Positions 13,616 through 25,004 of a DNA stretch of 64,000 nucleotides are shown piece by piece. Under the pieces are notes generated by a model that saw only the letters and a list, made by a program, of their open reading frames with translations, ran no database searches and was not told the DNA's origin. Origin of the DNA: Bilabrum cf. latius (Eukaryota). The translations under genes and the position numbers were made by a program. Position 1 is the stretch's first letter, and every line of letters starts with the position of its first letter. Location of the stretch: the NCBI GenBank assembly GCA_965178125.1, contig OZ237773.1:1-64000 (forward strand). Reading direction: 5' to 3'.

Positions 13616-14752
13616 TCACATCCTGCCGTGCGCGCTGGCCTGGTCCGCCGGCCATAGGAGGTCCTTGGTCAGCTCAAACACGAGGAAGCCCGTGGCATTG
13701 GCGGGAATGGACCGGGTCATGCTCGGAGAGAGGCCCCTCAGAAAGCCCCTAGGGCCCTCATCCCGCATGATCCTCTTGGCGCAGTCGAGCCAACCCCGGT
13801 AGGTCCGCTTGGCAGGGTCCACTGCATCCACCTGCAGCTGGGACTTGATCACGTCCGCCGGCTGCGCCAGGAGCCAGTAGAAGAAACCGCCGAGTCCGCC
13901 GGCCGCAAACACCTCCAAGCTACTGGCCTGCCGGCGCCCACCCCCTGTCACGGCCAGCTTGGTAGCTTCATAGAAACCGAAATACATGGAGACCCCGATT
14001 GTGTTGCGCAGCGTCGTGGCCGCGTATCCCTGGAGCAAGCCTTGTGGGCCGCGCGATCGTACGATGCTACGCATACAATCAGCCGTGCTTGAGTACTCCA
14101 GAGGCTATCCTGCCTTGGCAAGCCCAATCTGCCGCTACATTTGTGACTTGATCAAATCCTACGGGCCCTCGATCGCAGCCACGATTACTCCTGTCGCCGC
14201 CCCCGCTGCAAAGAAGCGGTGCACATCTGCCAAACCCTAGTATTTCCCATTCGCCGTAAACAAATTGCGCATATATCCGTACGAAAAGAACTGGACAGCG
14301 TTGAAAAGACCCATGCCGACGAGAGGGGAAGCTACGCCTTTGTACAGCCCCGAGAAGCCCTCTTTGGCTAAAGTTTGCCTGCCTGCATCCATCATTCCTT
14401 TGTAAGCAGGATTTGATGCAGACTGCGTCTACAGCAGCACCTTAATCCTGCGATGAAATACGAATGTGTGTGGTTCGAACGCCTGCAACATGCTGAACTG
14501 GAACGCCAAGATGAGCCATTGGAACGGGACCACCACCCTTACGTGTCAAATGGATGCCCTGTTAAGCATATTCCAAATCCTGCCTGCATTACAGGGGGTG
14601 GTGCGTGGCATTACGCTTTTGTGAATGGCGAACCGAGACATTTCTTTCAAACGAGTGCATGGAGCGCAGATTCTCACAAACGTGCCAGCAACGAGGTTAA
14701 CCCAAGCTGGTGGTGGGGCCAATATAGGCTGAGAGCTAACCGACTTCGACAT
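13616..14752 (-). CDS. Mitochondrial carrier (SLC25), carnitine/acylcarnitine or basic amino acid carrier-like
   Basis: Exons 14752-14678, 14583-14543 and 14447-13616; GT-AG introns 14584-14677 and 14448-14542. Three Px[DE]xxK repeats: GHPFDTIKVLL*TQ, GP*DLIKSQM*, QPADVIKSQLQ. Also EGFSGLYKG and YRGWLDCAKRIMRDEG. Ends TGA. Confidence 0.93.
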
Positions 14753-14974
14753 TGTTGAAATGTGGTTGTACGGGAGACTTCGCCCGCATCTTCCGCATTA
14801 AAAGGAACCTCCGAGTCACCAAACGAACTTTCCGTGCGCACTGCACTGCCAAGTGGGAATCGAGCGCCAATCCATTGGGATCATCGGGTGCTCACACCGC
14901 ACCAACTCACTAACGACACACGCGCATAGAAGAAGATTGCCCGTTTCTATAATTTAAGAACCACTAGCTTATTC

Positions 14975-17900
14975 ATGGTGACGTTCAGTCGAAGCGCGAC
15001 GGTATGCCTGGTCGTAGCAAGTTCACTAAGCGTAGCAAGTAGGTCTGAAGGTACAGCTGATCCCACCGATCCCAAATACGTTGCTTATGGAAGCCTTAAT
15101 GGATATGAAGGGCTTCCAAAATGGAAACAGAGCAACCTGGTGGATGTGTTTAGAAACGATTCAGCTCTGAGAGAGAGCAGCTTGGAGGGATTGCCGGGGG
15201 TCTCGAGAGGCGCGATTCTCGGAGGCATGGGAGAGCCATGGGAGCCGACAGAAGACTCCAAGGCACTGCTTGGAACCACGTGCAACTTTGAGATAGTAGA
15301 TCTGCAAGGTGGCGAGGCATCACGCGGCGATGAGCTTTGGAACAAGGTGGCGACCATTGTGCGCAGCAAGAAGCCTGCGCTCTTCGTCAACATGCTGTTC
15401 GATGCAAGCGGCACGACCGACGACCCGCATGCTGGAGAAAGGAATAGGGAGAAATGGGCCCGGCAAGCCCTTTCTACAGCATGGAGGGGCATCCACAACC
15501 TCAGCGTCATGACTTTCGCGCCCATGGAGCAGTTTGGAAAGGGGTTCCGGATTTCCACCACCATGGAGGATGTGGCGGCCCAGCTGCCACGATCCGTGCA
15601 CGATATAAGCGAGTACAACATCGAAAATGAGTACATGTGGGATCCAAACGCGATGGGATTGTACGGTGACGCGTTGCAGCGCTTCTTTCCCGGTGCGTCT
15701 GCAGCCACGGACCGCCTGTTCAACGACACGACTCGTTTCATACAAGTGCAGAGGGAGCTTGCCTGGCGAATCCTTGGCCAATCGCCTGGCACCCCTTTGA
15801 CTGCAAAGGCAATGAAGCAAGCCAACGAGCTGATGACCAAGAAGAGCCAGGGCGCGGAACTGCTGCACAAGACTGGCTTCATCGATGTAACTGCGGCCCC
15901 AGGCGAGAGGGAGGCCCTTGCAGCGGCTCAAGATAGCGATACAACCAAATGCAGCCCAAGCATAATCGGATTCGGGCCCTCGGGGATCGGCCTCCCGTTC
16001 CACGTGCACGACGAGGTGCCCTTCAACCTGCAGGTGTGGGGTCACAAACGCTGGTTCATCTCCAGCGGAACGCCGCCGAGGGGCTACAACCCAAAGAAAA
16101 ACTCTTACCGCTGGCTAGTGGAGGAGTATCCGCGCCTGACGGATGAGCAGCGGGACCCCTCGGTGTCTGGGCTGTACGAGTGTACGGTGCGCCCGGGGGA
16201 GGCAGTGTACGTCCCCCGTGACTTCTACCACCAGACCATGAACGTCGGCGTGCAGCTCAACCTGGCCTTCTCGTGCCCTGCAGCCAATCGCGAGGAAAAT
16301 CTGTTGCAGAAAGCAGCTACCAGCCGGTCTAGATACACGGCAGGCGGCAAAGACACGATCCAAGGAGACCCCGCGGCAGCCTCCCGCAAGGAGCTCACCA
16401 AGCTCTGGGCAGACGCCGCCAAGCTCTTCGCCGAGGATCCTGCCGACGAAGGGGTTCAGCGAGAAACAGCGACTGTCGGTATCGCGCATGTATTTTCCCA
16501 CCTCCGGCGCATCCGCAGAGCGTTCGTGTCGCTGGCTTAGAACGGCGCTCATGACCTGATGGATCTGGGACTTGGAGATTTCCTCGCGCTGGAATACGAC
16601 CCACTCGATGAAATCCCGTCTGTGGGAGCTGGGGCTGTGATTCGACGCGCGGAGGAGCTGGCAGAGCTCCTTGAATTTGGCTTTGTGCACGAGCACCGCG
16701 TGCAAGCTGCCACGGAATGGTCCCAGGAGGTGCTGGCGGGGCTGGACGGCAACGATGTTTCATCCGAGTCTGACTCAGCGGTGAATGGAACATGGACTTC
16801 CGGGGCCAATTCGTCTGACACGGCCGACGGGCACACGTAGCAGCAGCCGGTGCTGCAGCAGCTTCCATAGGACGATGCCGAGGTGAGGTCGCGGAGGCAC
16901 CTGGCCCGAATCATCCGGGCCGCAGATATGCTCGCACTTCGGGATACCGTCATAAAATCGAAGCGGCTGCTGCTCAAGAGCGCTCGGAGCAACCCGATTA
17001 ACCCGCAGGTATGGAGGAATCTCGCAATCGCGGAGCTAATGCTTGGAAATGCAACGAGATCGCTAAAGGCAGCAAGCCGCGCGCTTGACTTGGACAGAAC
17101 GGACGTAACCTCTTGCAATCGAGCCGTGCTTGCAATGCTTGGGCCAGTTGACCTCTCCACGCAGGCGCCGCCGATTGCCATGATTTCCAACTTCTCTCTG
17201 GTGCCACTTCGAGCTGCTGCTGACATCGCGGACGGCACAAAGTATGCCCCTATTGGAGGTGGACGAGGCACAAACGACCGTGGTCGCCGTGTCGATGCTG
17301 GAGAAGATTATGACACGGACCGCCGCCTGTCGCAGTACCGGTGGCTAATGAGGTCTGCCGATGCCCTGGCACATGGCTGCATAGACCAAGCGCAGAGAAT
17401 CATGCAGCAGAAGCTGGCAGGGCAGATAGATGCGCTGTGGTTTGGGCAACTGCAGCGCGCTGTGCGGATGTCGAGGTTCGTGTCTTCAAGAGGGCTTGCA
17501 TCGCATGAGGCTGTGACGCATGCTTACATGGCGGCCGCCCAGAGGCACATGGAGAGCATGGGAATACAGGAAGCAAATGCAACGGAGGCCATGTTTGCCA
17601 AGTCGGACCAGACCCTTTCCCCAGAGGACAAAGAGACTGCGCGCAAGCTGAGGGGGCCTCCGGTGGTGATTGAGTGGGGAGACAGCCTGCTGGAGCACGG
17701 CGAGGTCGATGCGACTGGCTAGCCGCCCTAGGAGAGCGGAGTCAGGACTTTGATGGAGCTGTGGAGGCAACGCACTACCCAGACCGTCATCGCGAAGGTC
17801 GAGAGGCTGTACCTGCGGGCCTTCGAGGGCAGGCGCGAGACGGTGTCTGAGAGGGGAGAGCGTCTCGTGGGCCATCCACCACCGTCTGCCATACTGCCAG

Positions 17901-18091
17901 CAGGGCTAGTGACCCGCCCCCCTAGCACTGAAGAGGTCGAGCGTGCGGCACAAGGACAGCGGAGGTCCGAACTGCTTGAGCTGATCCGCAGCGGAGCAAC
18001 CTTTGGCGACGAAGAAGAGCCCGTGGAAGGCGATTCGTTTGAACAAGCTTTGCTGGACGGCACCGCATCTGCTATGGGGGAATCCAGTTGA
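14975..18091 (+). CDS. Signal-peptide JmjC/cupin protein (JMJD8-like) with a C-terminal TPR-like region
   Basis: GPSGIGLPFHVHD, WGHKRWF and CTVRPGEAVYVPRDFYHQTMN are JmjC motifs. ORFs 14975-16540, 16559-16840, 16883-17722 and 17750-18091 are in frame via TAG; ends TGA. Confidence 0.8.
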
Positions 18092-18292
18092 TCTGGATAC
18101 CGGAGGCATATCGCGAGTAGTTCAGCATTTGCCAGTTTGTCCCACAGACACACCTGTTGATGTGCATTCCCAACATTTTCATGCTTGTAGATAATCGAAG
18201 ATACTCCGCTGAAACGACCATTTCGATGCACGACACTTCATAAGTAAACAATCGCGCCAAAGCTACGTCGAAGGGGCGAAGATTAGGCCAAT

Positions 18293-18867
18293 TCACTCCC
18301 CGAACACCATGCCAGCAGCACCTGCCGTTCCTGCGTCAGCATCGGCCTTCTGGCGGTCGAACTTCTCAACAAGGCTTGTCAACGCCATGTCACTCTCGCC
18401 CTTGTCCCTGACGTAGCCAGAGATGGCGAAGCTCTTAGTCTCGCCAGTGTATCGCCCAGTGACGGGGTCTACAATGCCCACGGCCACCTGCACGGCTCCG
18501 AACTCCTTGGCAGCAATCAGGCGGTTGGTCCAGGAGCTGCGAAAGATTCAGATAGAGCAAGTAGGGCCACAGGCTGGATGAGATGGCTGCTCTCAGCACA
18601 TGAAGGGCGTTCTCCAGCTCAAACTAGGACGGCTGTTGGACACAACTAATCGATACTAATTTTTATCGAAACAATAGTTCCTTCATAGTGTCAGCCATTT
18701 GGTAAGCTGGGTCTGGCACACGCTGAAATCAAATTCACTTGCCATACCGTCAAAATAAAATCTCTTGCGGGATCACGGCCCCACATAGCAGTTTACTTGA
18801 AGCCCCAGTCAACTCACCACTTCCTGGGGATGTAGAGATCAACAAGCTTGCCATCAGCGTTCTCCAT
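18293..18867 (-). CDS. RPS21: 40S ribosomal protein S21 (eS21)
   Basis: Exon 1 18867-18818 MENADGKLVDLYIPRKC; intron 18537-18817 (GTGAG...GCAG); exon 2 SWTNRLIAAKEFGAVQV...FAISGYVRDKGESD; ends TGA; no TAG codons. Confidence 0.96.
18583..18698 (-). ncRNA. Candidate structured intronic RNA (snoRNA-like or regulatory) in the RPS21 intron
   Basis: Nested inverted repeats ATGGCTG/CAGCCAT, CAC(T)ATGAAGG/CCTTCATGTG and TCGATA/TATCGA; CTGA (box D-like) just inside the terminal stem on the sense strand. Confidence 0.35.
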
Positions 18868-19001
18868 GGTATCCCTAAAGCAACTTGTGCGGCGTGGCAG
18901 GCAGTCTTGCAACGAATGGTTCCGGCCCGCTCGGATCAGAAAGGTTGCAACCGCTGACACTGCGCAGGTCCAAAATCCAATACAAACTACGTTTCCATCG
19001 A

Positions 19002-21776
19002 TCATATCAAAAACATAATCACAGCAACTGCAACAGCTAGTATCTGCACGTAGTTCGCATGCAGCCCGGCAGCGGGTGCCGCTAGGTCGGCTTGAAGTCT
19101 ACGCCCAGGCCCTTGGACATCCTCCACCTCGAAAGGATAAAAGAGGTCGTGGGGAAGCCTAACTGTGCGTGGACTAGGCGGGATGTAATCAAACGTTCCC
19201 TATGATACTGTCTCGCTGTGCTCGATGATAACTTGCAGCTGGTATGTCCTCGTTGCTGCTGAGTTGACACCGGCATGCGCGTCCCCTCCATACAGGGGAT
19301 TCGGGTCGGGAAGGCCGGGGCCCTAGCCAGAAATGCCCTGAGGAGCAGCCCACGTTCTACTTTCGTACGTCAGACGAGATGCGACGAGGCGTCGCTGCGG
19401 GTTGTCTCGTTCACCTACCTGCGCCGCAAGGAAGCGAAGCCGTGCCACAGCTGGCAGACCGGTGCACGTGCGTGATGCCGCGTCCCATGCGACAGATGAT
19501 GCGTCCGGGAGCGGGTCTACGATGAGCGGCAACCAGTCAAGGGGTTGCCTCGGGTCGGCAGAGCCGTACACTCCAACGTGTGTGGCGTTGAGGGCCAGCG
19601 GCGGAAACACGGCACGCACCGCCCCAGTCACTGCTTGGGTGGCTGCCGCCACCTCGCTCACTGTCACAGCATCAGAGGAAGGACGGAATGCGGACTGGCC
19701 AGCGCTAGGTGCCCCGGCAAGCGCAGCTGCCGCCCCGGTGCACAGTGTCTCCAGCCCGCCAGCATCCAGCACCACGCCGCAGCTCACCACCCCGTCCTCT
19801 CCGAACGGCACCGGCAGCTGCTCCTGCTGGGCACCAAATGAGGCTGATGCGAGCCAGCCCCCGCCAGGCCAAGCATCAGCCCCTCCGGAGCTAGCACCGG
19901 CGCCTTGCAGAGGCTCCCCGCCTTGCACACCGAGGCACCGGCCACCCTCTCCGGGGGCCAGCACCTGCAGCCCAGCTCGAAATGCCAGCATGCCAGCAGC
20001 ATCCGTCGCACCAGTGATGCCAGACTCGGCCGCCGTCTGAACCACAGCCCTCGCTGCCGCGATGCCTCCGCCCGGCCTGTACCCCGGATGTCCGAAGCGC
20101 TGCCTGGGCGCCCCCGAGTCATCCCCGGCGGAGGAGGGGGCCGTCTGCAGCTGGGCATCGTCGGTGGTGCCCTCGGCCAGCCGGGGAACAAATCTCCAAG
20201 AAGCGCTGAACGGTATCTCCACAGCCCCCGCACTCGCCCCTCGCGCACCCCCACCCGCGGATTCACCTGGACAGCGCGCCGGCCGGAAGCCCTCGGCTGT
20301 CTCGATCGAAGCCTCAACCCCAACGATGCTCCCGCCACCTGCCCCTTCATCATCGCCGTCCGCCGTCTCATACCGAAAGGCCAAGTGCAGCGAAGTCACA
20401 GCAGCTCCAGTGCACGCACAGCCGTCGAATCCACCGGCAGTCGCTGGGCTAGACACGAGGGCCGCGTCGATCTGCGCCTGGGTCAGCTCGGGCAAGGCAG
20501 CCCCCGTTGTGGCATCCCGCCGCTTCCACGACACCACGCTCGGTGCCAGCAGCAGCGTGGATGCACTGGCAGCGGCAGACCTGGGGTTGGCACGCGGATT
20601 AGCACCCACCCGCAGGGCACCCACAAGGGCTGCGGGGCTCATGGCGGCGCATAGGTCGGTGCTCGGGGGGGCGCGCACCACGCACTGAGCCGCCCCCTGC
20701 GGACCCCCTGCAGACGGCCCGTCACCTACTGGGGCATCAATCAAGAACTGCGGCCCGCTACCAGATGCACTGCACTGCGATGCAGTGGCAGAAAGGGCCC
20801 CGCCAGCAGGCGCGTTGGCAGCTGCAGCACGACCTCGCGAGGACGAGTCCGCTGCTGATGCGAGGCCAGGGGAAGCAGCACCCCCCACCTGGGGTCCAAG
20901 CAGCAGTAACGGGGCGTGAGGCTGCGGCGCTGCCACTAGGCTGGTGTCTCCGGTCGTGCCAAGGCTGGCCCACGGCAGCACGCCGCCAGTGATGGGCTGC
21001 CCTGGGGCGTAGGCAGCCGTGGCCGACGCGGCCTACAGCTGGGCCACGCTGCCGGGGCCGAGGGGGCCCATGACCGCCCCATCTGCGGGCAGGAACTGCG
21101 GGTCATCCAAGATCGAGGACCGGGAGAAGGCCGAGGACGGCTGCGGACCGGGGTCTGCGACAGGCGAGGGGCTGGGCGGTGTGCGTGCGAAGGATGCGAG
21201 AATTCAGCCCCACATGGAGTTTGCCAGGCAACAGATCGGGAAATTTGATCACAATGGATACTATTGTTGTGCCTCACCTTCGAAAAAGAAGCCCAACGAG
21301 GGCGAATTCACCACTGCCACGCACATGAGCCTGCTCAGCGACCCGTCAGCTGTGGCACCCTGAGCAAGCCCTTCGTCTGCTGGTGTCACCGCGAGCCCTC
21401 GCCTGGTATTGATATCGGCAAAGACAGAAGAGCCGTCCGAAGCTCGATCCGCAACGGTGACGCACGACAGCATCGAGGTGTTGGCAGATCCCTGCGGGAG
21501 ACAGTCGCCCAGCCGCCGGGATGCTGCAATCACATCAGCCGGGCAATCTTGATCACAACAGCAGCCAGCATCACACACACCAGCCTACAAGTCACATGTA
21601 CAGTCACATTCGAACGCAGCACACGGTCTCGCGTCCTCCAAGCATCTGCAGCCAGCAGGCGCCTCGGCTGCTCCCAAATCCTACAGCTCTCGCGCATCTC
21701 CCCAATCAAGAGGTAGAGTAGGCTATGCATATGTGAATATATTGCATATGAGCAAGATTGTAGCAACGCGGTACAT
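19002..21776 (-). CDS. TCTN: Tectonic family protein (ciliary transition zone)
   Basis: Signal peptide MYRVATILLICNIFTYA; CTCDL*AGVCDAGCCCDQDC; intron 21155-21277; GHPGYRPG; C-terminal RLPHDLFYPF plus hydrophobic tail reached only by reading through TAG at 19323; ends TGA. Confidence 0.9.
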
Positions 21777-22144
21777 CACCAGCGCGATGGACTTGACGGC
21801 CTGGCAGCTACTGCAACAAGCAGCAACTCGAGATCAATCTATGAAATGAGCGGCCCAATATGCAGCCCTGAAACCGTTTAGGTATCCTGATAGAGACACC
21901 GAATGCCAGAACAAGTTGTTGAGGCCTTCGTATGCACAGCGACAACGGAAAGGAAACCAGTTCAAACGTCTCGCGGCGCTTTTTATTTAAGTTGCGGAAC
22001 CACCGCCGGTCAGGAACCACTGGCATGTGTGAGCAGGCTAGATCTAGCAGGCTTGCTGGGACAGGGCTCGTTGGTTAGCCCGCCAAAACTTCAATGGCGG
22101 CTATGCATGCTCACTGATGCACAGAGGGTTCCAATTTACCGCCA

Positions 22145-24751
22145 TTATTTGAATCTACTCGATCCAAGCCCAAGAGCCCCAGCCGCCGCCAGTCTGGACC
22201 TCGAGCCAGAAGCAGCTCCCTTGGCTCCAGCATCGGCACGCAGCCGCCCAGAAGCTTTACGAGCCCCCATGGAAGCACCAGATGACTTTCTTGAGAGCCT
22301 TCCTTTTGTCTTCGCACCCCGGCTGCCTGCACCTGTCGAGGACCTGCTGCTACTGCTGTTGTTGCCGGCGCCAGTGCCTGTGCTTCGGGCAGACGAGGGC
22401 GGGGGAGCACTGGCCCCGGTCCCGCCTCGAGGCCCCGCTCCGAGCCCCTGCCGCTCTGCTTCCAGTCGATCCACCCGCTCCTTCAGTCTCACCAGTGCCT
22501 CCGTGTACAGCCTCTCCATCTCGGCCACCTTGTCGCGAGGCACCATGTCCCGCTCCACACGGGCCTGCAGCGTGCGCAGCTGGCCCTCAGCCCGCGCTCG
22601 TGCCCCCTCTGCGTCTGCTATCTGAACTGAAGCCGGCACCAGCCCTCCAACCTCACCGCCTCGCCCATTGCTGTCCCCATGGCTGTCTCTACCATCACCT
22701 CGCCGCTCGCCCGAGTCCCCCCGCCCGTCGGCCCGCAGCCGCTCCACCTCCTCCTTCAGCTCGGTGACCCGCCGGCCCAGGTCCTCCTCAGTCTCCAATA
22801 GCTGAGCCTACGCGCCGCGCCACCCCTGCAGCGCGCTCAGCACCTCCTCCCGCGCCTTCTCGGCCTCGTACTCGAGCGCCTCCCTTGCCTGCGCCTCTGC
22901 ATCCGCCCGCTCTTCCTCCCGCTGCAGTCTCTCCTCCAGTTCGCGCCTTACGCCAGTCAAAGCCCGGCCGTGCCTCTCGGCCTCGGCTCGAAGGGCTGCG
23001 TCCAGCCTGCGGGCGATGTCCACCTCTGTCACTGCGGTGGACACCGTGCCCCGCACATGGTCGGCGTCGCTCGCTCCCCCACTGGGATGCACCTCCTTGC
23101 CTCTATCCGCTCCACCGGTGGATGCAGACCCATCGCTACCCTTGCCCAGCACCATCCCCAGCCGTGCCTCTGCCTCCTCGGCTCGCACCTTCGTTCGCTC
23201 GGCCTCGGCTCGCCACCGGCGGCACTCTGCGTGCGCCTTCTGCAGGGCCAGCTGCAGGCTCTCCTCTCCGTCCTCCCTCGCGTCCAGCCGCGCCTGCAGC
23301 TTTTCGGCGAGCGCCTTGTAATCCATGACACGGTTCAGCGAGGCAAGCACCTTCACGCGCCTGGCCCTCTGCCCGAATTGCAGCGATGCGAATGTCTCGC
23401 CCGCGGAAGCCACGGCCCCGCTGACCGTTACTACCAAGCTAGTTCTGCTGTTCCCCCCGAGCGCGTCCTGCAGCAGACGAGTCAACTTTGAGTCCCGGTA
23501 CGGAATGTGACTTCGACGGTCGTCCGCCAGCGCGGCGATGCACTGGCCAAGCGCGCCCAGCGATCGGTTGATCGCCTTGGCCTCGGACAGCCGCAGCCCC
23601 AGGGCCCCGCTCCGCTTGGCTCGCTCAGACCCAGCGAGGTCCACAAGGAACAGCCGGCCCCGGTACACCCTCGGATCACGGACCCCTTCCTCGCCTGCTT
23701 CCTCCCTTCGCAGTTGTCTGCGCTCTATGTCAAGGGCCAGCACTGCGTGCGAGCGACTAGAGTGTGCGTTCAGCGCCGTCGCAGCCACCGCCCGCCGCCC
23801 CTCGCCTCGCCGCAGGAGCCCCATGCACTCGGCGGCAGACCGGACAGGCACTTGCGCCGCCCCTTCGACGTACACGCCGCGCTCCGAATCTTCTCGAAGG
23901 GGCAACGCACGCATTGTACTGCCAGTGGCTGCAGTCGCCCCCGAACTACCCTCCGCACCTTCAGCTCGAGGAAGAGACCCGCCTGCGGTTGTCGGGCGCC
24001 CGTCCAGCACGTAGCCGGCTCCTGGCCCAACCTACGGCCGCCCGGCCTCTGCACTACTTACTGATCCACTGACCGCGGCGCTTGCGTCTTCTCGAGCACC
24101 GCCAACCGCACCAGACCCCCCTAGGAGGTCGTGCACCAGCTCGCAGTAGATCTGAACCAGCGTCATGCGAGCCGTGACTGCCCAGCCGCGGGAGCGTGCC
24201 ACCTCTGCTGCACTGAACAGTTCGTGTAGAGTCCGTGGAACAATACCAGCACCTGGGCCAGGGGTTCCGTCTGCTAGGGATGCTGCAGCTGCGGCCGCCA
24301 TGCTGGCCCCGCTGCCTTGCGAACTGCCGCCGAACATAGTGTGAGTTTTCCCTGTACCAGTCATGCCGTAGCACATCACACATCCCTAGTATCCAAGCAT
24401 TGCAGAACGCACCACGCCTTGCGCTGCTTTCTTGTACACGGCGTCTTGTGATTCGTCAGGACCAAAGCAACCGTCAAATCGAAACTGGTGTTTGGTCGGC
24501 TGAGGGGCAGGGCCCCCTGGAACTACGGGGGTGTTGGACGCTGGCGGACGCAAAAATTCGATCTCTTCGCTAGTTTTACCCCCTCCGAACGTCTTGAACG
24601 TCGAGGGCTGGTGTGGACCAGCAGGTTGAGGCCGCATTCTGCAAAACACTCGAACCCTTTCTGCTGCTCGCATATCATCGTCGTCCTGCAAGTCTGAGTC
24701 TTGCAATGATGGCAGCCAGTCTAGATCTTCTTTCATGATATCGTCTGACAT
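22145..24751 (-). CDS. N-terminal motor kinesin with coiled-coil tail
   Basis: RVRVFCRMRP, FRFDGCF, GY*GCVMCYGMTGTGKTHTM (P-loop), NAHSSRSHA, LVDLAGSER and HIPYRDSKLTRLLQDALGGN. In-frame TAGs at 24386, 24032 and 22808; ends TAA 22145-22147. Confidence 0.95.
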
Positions 24752-25004
24752 GGCCTTCACTTCAGGTAATATAAGAACTGTGTGAGGTGCAACAATCAAG
24801 CATGCAAACGTCTAGGAACCCGGAATGTCGGCGGCGGCGGCGCCACGGTGGTGACCGGCGGAGCCGCCCGGACAGGTGCCAGTGGCACCTTGGCGCAGCC
24901 GGGGCTGGAACTGCAGTGACTGCTAGGCAGATTGCTGCAAGATGCATGGTGATACCGGAGCAGGAGAGATCAACTGAACATTTCTGGATCGCAGCGTCTG
25001 TCTG

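Noticed and set aside
18537-18817. TPP riboswitch in the RPS21 intron
   Set aside because: CTGAGA is present but the downstream ACCTGAT core is missing and the host gene is unrelated to thiamine.
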